Of a DNA stretch of 64,000 nt, positions 42,879 through 54,113 are shown in pieces. The notes below the pieces were generated by a model, which was given only the letters and a program-made list of their open reading frames with translations, made no database searches and was not told the DNA's origin. Source of the DNA: Alphaproteobacteria bacterium (GTDB taxonomy: Bacteria > Pseudomonadota > Alphaproteobacteria > MPNO01 > UBA830); NCBI GenBank assembly GCA_964291215.2, contig OZ219790.1, forward strand, positions 2,272,001 to 2,336,000, given 5' to 3'. How positions within the stretch are numbered: the first letter of the stretch is position 1; each line of letters opens with the position of its first letter. The position numbers were made by a program, and so were the translations under genes.

Positions 42879-43061
42879 ATGATCAGCACACCGCCAGCGA
42901 CCTTCGAAACCGACGAGGCATCGGAAGAAGATGTCCGCGCCCATCATCACGTGCCGGGCGAACGGTCATGCCTGTCCTGCGGCGAGAAATTCATGAGCGA
43001 AGGCTGGCACAATCGCCTGTGCCTCAGGTGCCGCAAGCGCAGCGCGGCGGACTACTACTAA
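42879..43061 (+). CDS. Small CxxC...CxxC zinc-finger-like protein
   Basis: RSCLSCGEKFMSEGWHNRLCLRC. Confidence 0.6.
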   Translation: MISTPPATFETDEASEEDVRAHHHVPGERSCLSCGEKFMSEGWHNRLCLRCRKRSAADYY

Positions 43062-43427
43062 CCGCATCCCCTCTCATGCACGGCCTGCCCGGCACTGCAT
43101 GACAACTTTCCGGAAACAGCGGAAAGCGCGGCTCACGGCGCTGATTTCCGTCGGCGCCAAGGCGCCCTCCTTTGGTCTATCGAACCGAAACGGAAGGCCG
43201 GCCGCACACGTCGGCTTCCCGGGCCGCCGCGTCCCGCCACGGTGGCATCCGGCGGCCGCGACATCCGTGCGCCAGTCCGCGGCCTCGACGACCGCCATTG
43301 CCGGAATCGGCTGCGACAGTTTCGACCGCAGATCCCGCGACGGGCACACGCTTCCCCGTGACTTTTCGCGCGGCGCCGGCACCGCATTTCCCCCTCCGGC
43401 AGCCATACCGGGTCCTTCCCGGCGGAG

Positions 43428-44033
43428 TTAAAGCATGATGCTGGGATTGCGCAGATTGCGGTCGCAGTCGATGAGATTGACCTGCTTGACGAGTATTTTC
43501 CAGCTGCACGCCGCGTCCGCGCGCCAGCGGAGCCGGTGCGCGTACCAGCCGGCCCAGTTGCGGTAGTCGCCGGCCTGAAATTCCGCGGTCAGGAAATTCG
43601 ACCGCACCATGACGATATCGGGATCTGCGGTGGCGAAGACGGTGACGTTGGAAACGATGCGGCTGGTCCGCGAACGGGGCTGCTGCGACCAGGCATATCC
43701 GCTCGCGAGCCGGAAAATCCGGTCCTCGAGACGGCGCCGGTCATCGAAGGCGACGCTGACCTCTCGGCGCGGGTCGCCGCCGGACGGGGACGCGGGCACC
43801 CAGTAGAGGCATTCATCGGCATAGAGGCCGAGCCAGTCGTCGTGGCGACACTGGTCGAGAAGGCGGGCTTCGCGCTCGAGCAGGCGCCGGCAGGACTCGC
43901 GCACCTCCGGATCGGCGATCTCCAGTTCGTCGGCCTGCCAGTCCGCGAACCGGGTGACAAGGTCGCGATAGAAGGCAGTCCCCACATAGTGCGAGGTCCG
44001 CGACGGATCGTCTCGGGTCCCGGCCCCGGTCAT
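43428..44033 (-). CDS. Aromatic ring-hydroxylating dioxygenase beta subunit
   Basis: REARLLD..WLGLY..YWVP; LEDRIFRL; SRTSRIVSNV; KQVNLIDCD. Confidence 0.9.
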   Translation of the reverse strand: MTGAGTRDDPSRTSHYVGTAFYRDLVTRFADWQADELEIADPEVRESCRRLLEREARLLDQCRHDDWLGLYADECLYWVPASPSGGDPRREVSVAFDDRRRLEDRIFRLASGYAWSQQPRSRTSRIVSNVTVFATADPDIVMVRSNFLTAEFQAGDYRNWAGWYAHRLRWRADAACSWKILVKQVNLIDCDRNLRNPSIML

Positions 44034-44076
44034 GCCGCCGCGCTTCCCGGCCGTCGCACCGCGTTCACGGCAGCGG

Positions 44077-45444
44077 TCATGAAACCTCGCGGGTGATCTC
44101 GATGCGCGGCTCGGCGGCCATGAGCTGCCTGTAGAACTTGAAATACTCGCGCAGGAACACCTCGTCGGTCGCTGGCCCGCGGATGGCGCCGTCCTCCTCT
44201 ACCCGGTAGCGGTCGGGCAGTCCGAGGCCGCGATGGGTGTAGACCCATTCGTCCTCCTCGGCCGCGAGGCCGACCTGGATCTGCTCGAAATTCATCAAGT
44301 CGTCAACTTCCCCGAAGTTGGGAAATCCCTCCTGGGTGCGCATGCGGATGGCATTGATGTCCTCCAGCGCACCGTCGAGCGTCCCGGCGTCGTCGACCAC
44401 CGCCGTGCCCCACCACGTCGTGTCGGTCCGGTCCACCGCGAGCGGCTGAACCACCTGCACGTGATTGCCGAGAATGTGAAGATTGGGAAACACGTTGATG
44501 TTCACCGGTTCCGACGAAGCGAGGTCGAGGAACTCGTCTGCGCGCGCCGGGTGCTCGCGCCTGAGCTTGTCGGCAAAGAACTCCATCCCGGGATGGCTGG
44601 CCTCGATCTCCCAAAGGGCGCCGGGCCGACCGCGTTCGACATTGCCGCGCTTATCCTTGAAATGATGGCCGTTGGCATAGGCATAGACATACATCGGGCG
44701 GGTGTCAGGCGAATCGCGGTAGAACGCCAGACCTTTGGCGTCATCCGTCGCCATGCGGTTCTCCATCGCCAGCAGCGAGCGGTGGGAGAACAGCACATGG
44801 TACCCGTCGGCAGAGTTGTCGTAGACCAGCTTCCAGTTGCCGTGAAGCCGGAGCCGGTTGGCGTTGCATAGGCTGATCGTGCCGCCGGGCTGGCGGTCAA
44901 GCCACTCCTCGATCGGCCGCGCGACCGGGCCCAGATAATCGGACAACGGCGGCGCATCCGCGTTGAGCGTCCCGAACACGAAGCCGCGGAAGGACTCGAC
45001 CCTCGGCACTTGGGCCAGGTTGAACCGCGAATCGCTGAAATCGCCGGCATAGCCTTCGGGCCAGGGCACGCCGCCGATGCGGCCCGAATTGAGGAAGGTC
45101 CAGCCGTGATAGGGGCACTGAAACGCCTTCGCCGAGCCGCTTTCCTGGCGGCAGACGGTAGAGCCGCGATGGGTGCAGCGGTTGTACAGCGCACGGATCT
45201 GCCCGTCCGAATCGCGGATCAGGATGAGCGGGCGAAGCCCCATCCGGGTCTGCACGAAGTCGTCGTTTGCGGGGATCTGGCTCTCGTGTCCGAGATAGAC
45301 CCAGACTGCGGCGAAGACCCTGGTCATTTCCATACGGAAGATCGCGGGGTCGGTATAAATGCTGCGATGGACCCGGTCTTCCCTGATCAGCTGGTCGAAA
45401 TCGTGGCCACCACGGGCAGGAACCTGCAGGTCGGTGCCGTCCAT
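44077..45444 (-). CDS. Rieske aromatic ring-hydroxylating oxygenase alpha subunit
   Basis: NRCTHRG...CPYHGW Rieske motif; NWKL..DNSADGYHVLFSH. Confidence 0.93.
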   Translation of the reverse strand: MDGTDLQVPARGGHDFDQLIREDRVHRSIYTDPAIFRMEMTRVFAAVWVYLGHESQIPANDDFVQTRMGLRPLILIRDSDGQIRALYNRCTHRGSTVCRQESGSAKAFQCPYHGWTFLNSGRIGGVPWPEGYAGDFSDSRFNLAQVPRVESFRGFVFGTLNADAPPLSDYLGPVARPIEEWLDRQPGGTISLCNANRLRLHGNWKLVYDNSADGYHVLFSHRSLLAMENRMATDDAKGLAFYRDSPDTRPMYVYAYANGHHFKDKRGNVERGRPGALWEIEASHPGMEFFADKLRREHPARADEFLDLASSEPVNINVFPNLHILGNHVQVVQPLAVDRTDTTWWGTAVVDDAGTLDGALEDINAIRMRTQEGFPNFGEVDDLMNFEQIQVGLAAEEDEWVYTHRGLGLPDRYRVEEDGAIRGPATDEVFLREYFKFYRQLMAAEPRIEITREVS

Positions 45445-45479
45445 GGCCGAGTTCCTCCGTCTATCGCCGCACGAGCCGG

Positions 45480-46949
45480 TCAGAAAAAGTCATAATACTC
45501 GTTCCGTTCCCATTCGGTCACCTCGCCATCGCCCTCCCGCTCCGCGCATGCAGCATGGAACCTGTCGAGTTCCGCCCGCTTGAGCCGCAGATAGTAGTCG
45601 ACGAACCTGTTACCCATCGCGGCACGAAACAGGCCGCCGGCCTCGAGGGCGGCGAGCGCCGCGTCAAGGTTGACCGGCAGAACCGGTCGCCCGGACTCGT
45701 AGGGTGCGTCGTCGGGCGGCGGCGGCTCCAAGCCGCGCTCCAGCCCGTCCAGCCCGGCGATGATCTGGCCCGCGATGAACAGATAGGGGTTGGCGGACGG
45801 TTCGCCGGCCCGGTTCTCGATTCGCGCACCAGCGCCGTCGATCACCCGCATCAGGGCGCCGCGGTGGTCGGCGCCCCAGGTCACCCGGTCGGGCGCCAGC
45901 GAATTGGGGCGGAAGCGGCGGAAGCCGTTGACGGTCGGGCATGCAAAGACGGTTCCGGAGACTGCGTGTTCCAGAAGCCCGGCGAGCCAGGCCTGTCCGA
46001 TTACCGAGAGCCCGCGACCGTCGCCCGACGCGAACCTGTTGTCGGCGTCCTCGGCCCCCGACAGGGACTGGTGGAGATGCCAGCCGCTCGGAAAGTGGTT
46101 GGCAAGCGCCGGCCACGCCATGAAGGTCGCGAAATGGCCGTGCCGGCGGCAGACCTGGCGGGTCGCGGTGCGGAACAGGACGTAATCATCCGCGGCGCCG
46201 AGCGCATCGCGGGCGGTGAACGTAGCCTCGACCTGGCCCGGACCGTACTCGTTCTCGAGCGAGCGCAGCCCGAGCCCGAGTTCGCCATAGCGGCGCGCAA
46301 GTTCACTGAGCATCGGCTGCATCAGATCGAGATTGGTCTCTGAATGATAGGAATAGCCGGGTTCGAGCGGCGCCGTCCGCACCGGAACGCCGCGGCGCCC
46401 CGGCACGCCAGTGTTTTCCTTATCCAGATGCTCCTGAATGACGCGGGCGAGATACCATTCGACCTCGATACCGATCCTCAGACCAAAACCGGCGCTGCGG
46501 AGCCGCTCGACCTGGTGCCGCAGCAGATGCCGCGACGAGAAGTGGAAGGGTGTGCCGTCTCGGAAATACTCGTCGCACAGGACCCAGCCCACGCCGGGTG
46601 CCCAGGGGAGGACACGGAACGTCTCGGGATCGGGGACGATGACGAGGTTCGGCGAGCCCGTCATTTCCTCAAGCTCCATGCCACCGCCCCTCGTGAAGGA
46701 CGAGAACACGCGGCCGCCGGAGGCGTCCAGGGTCGAGGTCGCGACATTGATGTTGTAGCCGTCGGAGAGAGCTGCGCCGAAGGTGTCCGGCGACACGGCC
46801 TTGGCACGCGCGGCACCGTGCGGATCGGCCCAGGCGAGGCGCACCAGTTGGAGGCCGCGCGTCTGCACCTCCGCGGGCAGGTCGCTGGCGCGGCGGCGCT
46901 GCTCGTCGGTCCAGAGCCCGTGGCGTTCGATGAAACCCCGTCCAGTCAT
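45480..46949 (-). CDS. Glutamine-synthetase-like gamma-glutamyl ligase
   Basis: GIEVEWY, ENEYGPGQVE, SGWHLHQS, RIENRAGEPSANPYL. Confidence 0.9.
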   Translation of the reverse strand: MTGRGFIERHGLWTDEQRRRASDLPAEVQTRGLQLVRLAWADPHGAARAKAVSPDTFGAALSDGYNINVATSTLDASGGRVFSSFTRGGGMELEEMTGSPNLVIVPDPETFRVLPWAPGVGWVLCDEYFRDGTPFHFSSRHLLRHQVERLRSAGFGLRIGIEVEWYLARVIQEHLDKENTGVPGRRGVPVRTAPLEPGYSYHSETNLDLMQPMLSELARRYGELGLGLRSLENEYGPGQVEATFTARDALGAADDYVLFRTATRQVCRRHGHFATFMAWPALANHFPSGWHLHQSLSGAEDADNRFASGDGRGLSVIGQAWLAGLLEHAVSGTVFACPTVNGFRRFRPNSLAPDRVTWGADHRGALMRVIDGAGARIENRAGEPSANPYLFIAGQIIAGLDGLERGLEPPPPDDAPYESGRPVLPVNLDAALAALEAGGLFRAAMGNRFVDYYLRLKRAELDRFHAACAEREGDGEVTEWERNEYYDFF

Positions 46950-47500
46950 CCCCCATCCTTGTCACAGCAGCCGGAAATGTCGAGACCGTTCGGACGCAGG
47001 CCGGACCGGCTCTCCCCGGCACCTTCCGGGGCCGGCCGGAACAGGCAGGCCGACGCGCAACCCGCTGCTCTTCGTAGTCCGGTCGATGTTCTCGCGCGGC
47101 TGTCGAAGCCGGCCTTGCGCGATTTCCCGATCCACGCGATTGGAAACTCGGACTGACACAACCTCCCGACGGCAAAGCGCTGGCAAGCAGCTCCAGCGGG
47201 ATGCTTCTTCAACAGGCAGGTCGCTCCTCAGGATTCAATGACAGGCACAGGCAGGCAGTAGCATGTGCCGCGATCGCAATGCGTGTCTCCGGAGCCAAGC
47301 TGCCTGCCGCTTCGGGTGGCGCGGTGAGCTCCCATAGCGGTTTCCCCTGCGAATGAGAAAACCGTATCCAATAGTGGAAACCACATAAATATAGACATAT
47401 TATGATTATTCCTCTTGCAATCCCCTTCGGTTTCCCTATGCTCCGTGAAACTTGCTTCTCCAGTGGAAACCACTTGTATTGCAATATGTTAGCATGAATC

Positions 47501-48496
47501 ATGCTCGCAGAACTCAACAATTCCCAAAGACGCCAGTTCGTCGATGTGGTGCAGATTTTCGAGGCGTGGGAGGACTCCAGAGCTGAACTCGGTCGACGCT
47601 TCGTTGGCTCCATGCGGTGGGTGGAACGGAAAGGGCATGTCTACCTGTTGCGAAAGCAAGCCAGCAGCGAAGTTTCGCTGGGCCGAAAGACCGAGAAGAC
47701 GGAGGAGATCTACCGTGCGTTCCGCGACAGCCGAGATGCAGAGCGGAACCGATACAAGAATCTTGAAGCACATCTCAAAGAGATGGCACCGGTGAACCGG
47801 GCGCTGCGTCTGAACCGCGTTCCGCTGATCACAGCCCGAATTCTCCGCCACCTGGCGAGCGCGCAGGTCCTTGGACGGAACATCTCGATCGTTGGTACCA
47901 ACAGTCTCTACCTTTACGAAGCTCTGGCAGGCGTCCAGCTAAGGAGCGATCTGCTCGCGACCAATGATGTGGACCTCCTCTGGGACGCCCGCCAAAGCCT
48001 GAGTTTAGGCGTCAGCGACTTCCGCCACGAGGGCGTCATCGGTTATCTCAAGCGTGCTGACCGATCATTCCGACGCAGCAGCGGTCAGCATTTCCGCGCC
48101 GTCAATCGGAACGGCTTCATGGTTGATCTGATCCATCCAATCGGCGACCTGCGAGCGGCCACGGACGATCCTGTCAACGAAGAAGACCTGATCGGTGCAG
48201 GCATCGAGGGTCTTGAGTGGCTGGTCAACGCGCCGAAGATGGACGGAATCGTCATTGGCGAGGACGGCATTCCCCTTCGATGCTGGTCCGTGGATCCCCG
48301 TGCCTTTGCCCTGCATAAGGCTTGGGTTGCGGAGCGAGCCGACCGGGACCCGGTAAGACGCGTTCGCAACCGCGCACAGTCGCGGGAAGTGGCACGGATA
48401 GCCAAACGTCTGGGTATGGAGATGTCGGATCCGGCGCTTTCCGCACTGCCATCATTCATGCGCGGTTTCGCCGACGGCCTGGACTACGATTGCTAG
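47501..48496 (+). CDS. GSU2403-family nucleotidyltransferase-fold protein
   Basis: GSMRW, IVGTNSLYLYEALAGV..ATNDVDLLWD, GFMVDLI, DPRAFALHKAW. Confidence 0.8.
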   Translation: MLAELNNSQRRQFVDVVQIFEAWEDSRAELGRRFVGSMRWVERKGHVYLLRKQASSEVSLGRKTEKTEEIYRAFRDSRDAERNRYKNLEAHLKEMAPVNRALRLNRVPLITARILRHLASAQVLGRNISIVGTNSLYLYEALAGVQLRSDLLATNDVDLLWDARQSLSLGVSDFRHEGVIGYLKRADRSFRRSSGQHFRAVNRNGFMVDLIHPIGDLRAATDDPVNEEDLIGAGIEGLEWLVNAPKMDGIVIGEDGIPLRCWSVDPRAFALHKAWVAERADRDPVRRVRNRAQSREVARIAKRLGMEMSDPALSALPSFMRGFADGLDYDC

Positions 48497-48695
48497 GAGG
48501 GAATCCAGTCGCCGTCCCCGGGAGCACGGCCTGCGCTGCCGGCAATCCTGATCGGACTGTCCGGAAGCGGCTCCCGCCCGCCGCTATCCGCTCTTTTCGC
48601 GTGCCTGGCCCTCGCCTGCGCCAGCGCAACAGTCGTACCATGTCCAAGACGCAGCATAATTCCAATTCCGCCGCGAGTGCCGCCGCGCACCAGTT

Positions 48696-50205
48696 GGGTG
48701 AGAGTTTCGTATGGCACAGTTGCAGGCTCATTTCCATTTGTTCATCTCACAGTGCAGGGGGGTGATTTGGGCTGATGTTGTCGTTGGCTGGTGCGTCGTC
48801 TGCACCGATCATGGCCGTCCACGCGCTCTCGAAGCGGTCGAGCAGGGCGCGGAAGGTGATTGTCCGCCGACGATGCGCCAGCGCATGCCGGAGCGTTTCA
48901 TGCACTGTGTGACGAGGGTCTTGTTTGCCGCCTCGACAAGCCGATCGCGATCCCCTGTTGCTTCAGCGCGTGGTAGCGCATGCGGTGGCGATGCTTGCGG
49001 AAGAAGGCCCGTTCCCTGTCGATGTCGGCCCGCTGGCGCGGCGGTGTCGCGAAGGTGGCGCAGCGCCCGGGATCACCCTGTCGATGCCGCGGGGGTCGTG
49101 ACGCAGGATCTCGCGGTATTTCTCGAACCAGTGGGGCGCCGCCGCATGGTCGGCCGCCACGCGCAGATGCTCGCAGGCATACCTCGGTTTCGGGCTCAAG
49201 ACCCCTGAGGAAGGTCCAGTTGTCGGCAGCGGCGTCGGCGCTGATCCCGATATCGGGACGTCTCCGCCTGCTCGACCTCGTTTGCGAGCTGCGCCTTCAG
49301 CGTGTGCTTTCGGCCCTCGGGCATGCGGCCGAGATAGACGGTCTTCAGGCGCTCACCGTCGGCGTCGTGGAAGGAGGCCGTGCCACAGGCCGCCTCGCGC
49401 CAGCAGGCTTCGGAACGGCCGCCCTCGCCGGCCCGTAGCGCCACCATGACGCCGTCCAGCGAGGCGGTGACCGCGTCTTGCGGGATGTCCTCGGCTTCCC
49501 GGATACCGTCCAGGGTCTGCGGGCCGAGACTTTCCCTGCGCTCCTGCATGGTCAGGCGCTGCAAGGTGCTGGCGTCATGGCGCCGAGATTGCTGAAGAAC
49601 GCCTCCGCTTCCCGCGCCGTGCAGTGGCCCATCATCATCAGCCCAAGCCGTCGGCCGTGTCAGGTAGTCGTCGACGAGGCTTTCGTCCACCGGCATCAGC
49701 GACCGGCGGCGCGCGCCGGGGCGCTAGCGCGCACGCCGAAAGGTCACCGCGCGAGGTCATGATCGTCTTCGGCGCCGCACGGAACCAGCCGTCTCGCTCG
49801 ATCCGGGGCGCACCGTCGTCCCGGGCCTCGGCGCAGGCACCCAGGATCTCGCAGCGCATGCATGCTCTCACGCACCCGCCGCTCCGTTTCCTCAAAGGCC
49901 TCGGCAGAGCGCTGCGAACCGAGTTGCTGATGACAAACTGCGGTTATCTGCGTGACCGCCTCGACAACCCGAGGCGGCAAGCCGGAAAAATCGATGGACG
50001 CCGAAGGCTGAGGCTGCGAACTGACATGGGAGCGCTCCTGATTTTGTGGATTGTCACCAATATCATACCGCATCTTGGGGTGCGGAGCGTTCCCACCTCC
50101 ACTGCTCGGCCCTGCCGTAGTGACAAAACCCTGTCCTGAAACCGGCGATTGTCACGAAAACCCGTTTTCGCAGCTGCCACGCGATCGCATAACCGTGCTA
50201 AATCG
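48696..50205 (-). mobile_element. ISKra4/ISLre2-like IS copy 2 (intron-free, frameshifted, right TIR lost)
   Basis: Colinear with 32364-33423 plus 36770-37180; right boundary approximate. Confidence 0.85.
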
Positions 50206-50633
50206 TGCCGGCGCAAAAATGTACAACCGCGCGATTCTATCAGCGAAATCGTGATATAGAGGGGGCGAAAAATCTCGCTTTGGGACGGAAATTGACCGAT
50301 CAGACCGGGAATCCGGCGGATTTTCGGAAAACTTCGCGAGAATTGTCACGCGAAACGTTAACCGCCCGCAGTTGGAATTGGGCCAAGTTACGCTGGATTC
50401 TCGGTTGAAAGGGCCCTGTGCCGCTGCGAATCGGCAGGAATCTCCTTGGAAACGGAGCACCCGGAGGTCCCGGAAGTAGATCAAACCCGAAATTTCGCCG
50501 TAAGGTCAGCCAAACGGTTATTTCCGCGCGGGCACGAATTAGCCTGGAATCACCGTGGCCGGTTGTGTTTCCTTTGCCGGGCGAACGTAATAAGATACGG
50601 CAATTGATCCCGTGCCCGAGGAGGACATCAGCC

Positions 50634-51419
50634 ATGAACGCTACAGCCGTCCGCAATATTTCCGGCCTCTCGCTGCGTGACCGGGTCAGCGAAGAGGAAT
50701 GGAAGGTCCGGGTCGATCTTGCCGCCGCCTACCGCCTCGCACATCTTTATGGCTGGACCACGACCCTGATCTACAACCACATCTCGGCCCGCATACCGGG
50801 ACCCGATCATCATTTCCTTCTTAACCCGTTCGGGCTTCGCTGGGACGAAGTCACGGCGTCGAATCTCGTCAAGATCGATCTTGAGGGCAACATCCTCGAC
50901 AACACCCCCTACAAGATCAACAATGCGGGATACACCATCCACAGCGCGATCCACGGGGCCCGCGAGGATGCGGTTTGCGTCATTCATACCCATACCGAAG
51001 CCGGCATGGCGGTTTCCGCGCTCAACGACGGCCTGATCTTCACCAATCAGGATTCGATGATGTTCTACGGCCATGTCGCCTATCACGAATTCGAGGGCAT
51101 CGCGCTCGATCTCTCGGAACGCGAACGCTTGGTCGGCGATCTCGGCGGCAAGAAGGTGATGATTCTGAAGAATCACGGCCTGCTGACAACCGGAATGTCC
51201 GTGGCCGACGCCTGGGTGCAGATGTACTTCCTCGAGAAGGTATGCTCTGCCCAGCTGTCGCTGATGGCCTCGGCAGCGGCCGGCGGCGGGATTCACCATC
51301 CCTCCAGGGAGGTCTGCGAGCATACTGCGCGGCAGTACGACGATTCCGGATGCGGCGAGCGCGAATGGCCGGCGCTGCTCCGGCAGCTCGACGACGTGAC
51401 CACCGACTACAAGTACTGA
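50634..51419 (+). CDS. Class II aldolase/adducin-family protein
   Basis: RVDLAAAYRL, NHISAR, EVTASNLVKID, IHSAIH, HTHT, LKNHGLL. Confidence 0.92.
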   Translation: MNATAVRNISGLSLRDRVSEEEWKVRVDLAAAYRLAHLYGWTTTLIYNHISARIPGPDHHFLLNPFGLRWDEVTASNLVKIDLEGNILDNTPYKINNAGYTIHSAIHGAREDAVCVIHTHTEAGMAVSALNDGLIFTNQDSMMFYGHVAYHEFEGIALDLSERERLVGDLGGKKVMILKNHGLLTTGMSVADAWVQMYFLEKVCSAQLSLMASAAAGGGIHHPSREVCEHTARQYDDSGCGEREWPALLRQLDDVTTDYKY

Positions 51420-51423
51420 GCCG

Positions 51424-52152
51424 ATGTCGGCAACGGTCGACGAGATTGCGCCGGATCTGTTTCGCATCACCTGCTTCAACACGCAGGCGAACTTCCAGTT
51501 TTCCTCGTTCTTGGTGCGAGACGACGAGCCCCTGCTCTATCACACCAATCTCCGCGCCTACTTCAACGACATGCACGGCGCCGTGCAGAGCGTACTCGAT
51601 CCGGCGACCATCCGCTGGATCGGGTTCAGCCATTTCGAATCCGACGAGTGCGGCTCGCTCAACGAGTGGCTTGCGGCCGCACCCGCCGCGGAACCGCTCT
51701 GCAGCTTCGTCGGCGCCCGCACCAGCGTCGGCGACTTCGCGGACCGGCCGCCGCGCGTACTTGACGAAGACGAACGCCTCACTACCGGCGCACGCCGCTA
51801 CCGGGTCATCGAGACCCGGCATGTGCCCCATGGCTGGGATGCCAGCCTCCTGTTCGAGGAGACAGGCTCGACGCTCTTCTGTTCCGATCTCCTTGGCCAC
51901 AGCGGCGATGTCGAGGCGCTCTGCGACGGCGACATCGTGGGGCGGTCGCGGGACTACAACACGCGCCAGCAGGACGGGCCGATGGCCGGTTCGGTCCCCT
52001 ACACGCACCACACCCGCGACATCCTCGAAGGGCTCGCCGGGCTCAGCCCGGCGACCCTCGCCTGCATGCACGGATCGAGCTTTTCGGGCGACGGCGCGCG
52101 CGTGTTGCAGGAGTTCGGCGACGTGATCGAACACTGCTTCGGACCGGCCTGA
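51424..52152 (+). CDS. Stand-alone MBL-fold (flavodiiron/ODP-like) protein
   Basis: SHFESDECG, HVPHGWD, LFCSDL, ACMHGS. Confidence 0.8.
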   Translation: MSATVDEIAPDLFRITCFNTQANFQFSSFLVRDDEPLLYHTNLRAYFNDMHGAVQSVLDPATIRWIGFSHFESDECGSLNEWLAAAPAAEPLCSFVGARTSVGDFADRPPRVLDEDERLTTGARRYRVIETRHVPHGWDASLLFEETGSTLFCSDLLGHSGDVEALCDGDIVGRSRDYNTRQQDGPMAGSVPYTHHTRDILEGLAGLSPATLACMHGSSFSGDGARVLQEFGDVIEHCFGPA

Positions 52153-52189
52153 GGAGACGGCGGCGCGGCGGCGCCAACGGGAGAGGATC

Positions 52190-52591
52190 ATGGTCGACAA
52201 GATTTCCAAAGCCGATGACGAGTGGCGGGCCGCACTCTCGGAGGAGGCCTTCCACATCCTGCGCAAACATGGCACCGAACGTCCGTTCACGGGCCTGTAC
52301 AACGACTGCAAGGACGAAGGTACATATGTGTGTGCCGGCTGCGGACACCCGCTGTTCTCGTCGGCACACAAGTTCGACTCCGGCACGGGCTGGCCGAGCT
52401 TCTACCGGCCGATCGACAACGAGGCTGTCGGGACACGCAACGACTGGTCGATGCTGATGCGGCGCACCGAGGTGCATTGCGCGCGGTGCGAGGGACATCT
52501 CGGACATGTCTTTCCCGACGGCCCGATGCCCTCCGGGGAGCGCTATTGCATAAACTCGGTGTCGCTGAGACTGGAACCGGCGACAGACTAG
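52190..52591 (+). CDS. msrB: Methionine-R-sulfoxide reductase
   Basis: GTERPFTG, KFDSGTGWPSF, HLGHVFPDGP, RYCINS. Confidence 0.97.
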   Translation: MVDKISKADDEWRAALSEEAFHILRKHGTERPFTGLYNDCKDEGTYVCAGCGHPLFSSAHKFDSGTGWPSFYRPIDNEAVGTRNDWSMLMRRTEVHCARCEGHLGHVFPDGPMPSGERYCINSVSLRLEPATD

Positions 52592-52693
52592 GGCCGCCTC
52601 GGCCGCGCCGACACGGCCATCGAGACTAGAAATCGCGGATCAAAGCGCGTATACGCGGCAGCTGGCGCAGCAACAAGCTAGGGAAACGAACTC

Positions 52694-54085
52694 ATGCCGG
52701 CCCAGTGGTCGCCCGACGGGTGGCGTAGCAAGCCCATCGTCCAGGTTCCGGAATATCCGGAACCTGGCCTTCAGCAAGCGGTGGAGACGGAACTCCGCGA
52801 CTACCCGCCGCTGGTCTTCGCCGGCGAGGCCCGGCGCCTGCGCCGTCAGCTCGCAGCCGCGGCGGAAGGCCGCGCGTTCGTGCTGCAGGGCGGGGACTGC
52901 GCCGAGAGCTTTGCCGAGTTCCATGCCAACAACATTCGCGACACGCTGCGCGTGCTCCTGCAGATGGCGGTGGTACTCTCCTTCGCCTCCGGCAAGCCGG
53001 TCATCAAGATCGGCCGCATGGCCGGCCAGTTCGCGAAGCCGCGCTCGTCGGATGTCGAGAAGCTCGACGGCGTCACGCTGCCGAGTTATCGCGGCGACAT
53101 GATCAACGCCATGGAATTCGATGCCGCGGGCCGGGCACCCGATCCGCGGCGCATGCTGCGGGCCTACAACCAGTCTGCGGCGACCCTCAACCTGCTTCGC
53201 GCCTTTTCTCAGGGCGGCTATGCCGACCTTCACGAGGTGCATCGCTGGAACCTCGAATTCGTCGCCTCCGGAGAGGAGGCCGAGAGATATCGCGAGCTTG
53301 CCGACAGGATCGACGAGGCAATGACCTTCATGGCCTCCTGCGGCGTGACGTCGGAAGCCACCCCACAACTGCGCGAGACCGATTTGTACACCAGCCACGA
53401 GGCGCTGCTGCTGGGATACGAGGAAGCGATGACCCGCATCGATTCGATGACCGACGACTGGTACGACACGTCGGCGCACTTGGTCTGGATCGGCGACCGC
53501 ACGCGCCAGCTCGACGGCGCCCATGTCGAGTTCATGCGCGGCATCTCCAACCCGATCGGAGTCAAGATCGGACCGTCCCAGACCGTTGACGGGCTCCTTG
53601 AGTTGATCGGCATCCTCAATCCCGAGAACGACCCCGGACGCCTCGTGCTCATCAGTCGCATGGGCCACGACCAGGTGGAGGCGAAGCTGCCGCCGCTGCT
53701 GCGCGCCGTCGCCAGCGAGGGCTGGAAGGTCGTCTGGACCTGCGACCCCATGCACGGCAACACGGTCAAGAGCAACAACGGTTACAAGACCCGGCCATTC
53801 GCACGGATCCTGCGCGAGGTGGAAGGCTTCTTCGCGGCCCACGACGCCGAGGGCACCCATGCCGGCGGCATCCATATCGAATTGACCGGGCAGAACGTCA
53901 CCGAGTGCACTGGCGGCGTCCAGGCCATCTCGGACAAGGACCTTTCCGACCGCTATCACACGCATTGCGATCCGCGGCTCAACGCGTCGCAGTCGCTTGA
54001 GCTGGCCTTCCTCGTCAGCGAACACATCAAGAAACAGCGCCACCGCAGGAACAGACGCGCCGCGCCCGGGCGCACCGCCGCCTAG
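52694..54085 (+). CDS. Class II DAHP synthase
   Basis: [43 protein letters not shown]. Confidence 0.96.
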   Translation: MPAQWSPDGWRSKPIVQVPEYPEPGLQQAVETELRDYPPLVFAGEARRLRRQLAAAAEGRAFVLQGGDCAESFAEFHANNIRDTLRVLLQMAVVLSFASGKPVIKIGRMAGQFAKPRSSDVEKLDGVTLPSYRGDMINAMEFDAAGRAPDPRRMLRAYNQSAATLNLLRAFSQGGYADLHEVHRWNLEFVASGEEAERYRELADRIDEAMTFMASCGVTSEATPQLRETDLYTSHEALLLGYEEAMTRIDSMTDDWYDTSAHLVWIGDRTRQLDGAHVEFMRGISNPIGVKIGPSQTVDGLLELIGILNPENDPGRLVLISRMGHDQVEAKLPPLLRAVASEGWKVVWTCDPMHGNTVKSNNGYKTRPFARILREVEGFFAAHDAEGTHAGGIHIELTGQNVTECTGGVQAISDKDLSDRYHTHCDPRLNASQSLELAFLVSEHIKKQRHRRNRRAAPGRTAA

Positions 54086-54113
54086 GCCCCGCTGCTGGCC
54101 GTCGTCGTCGCGG

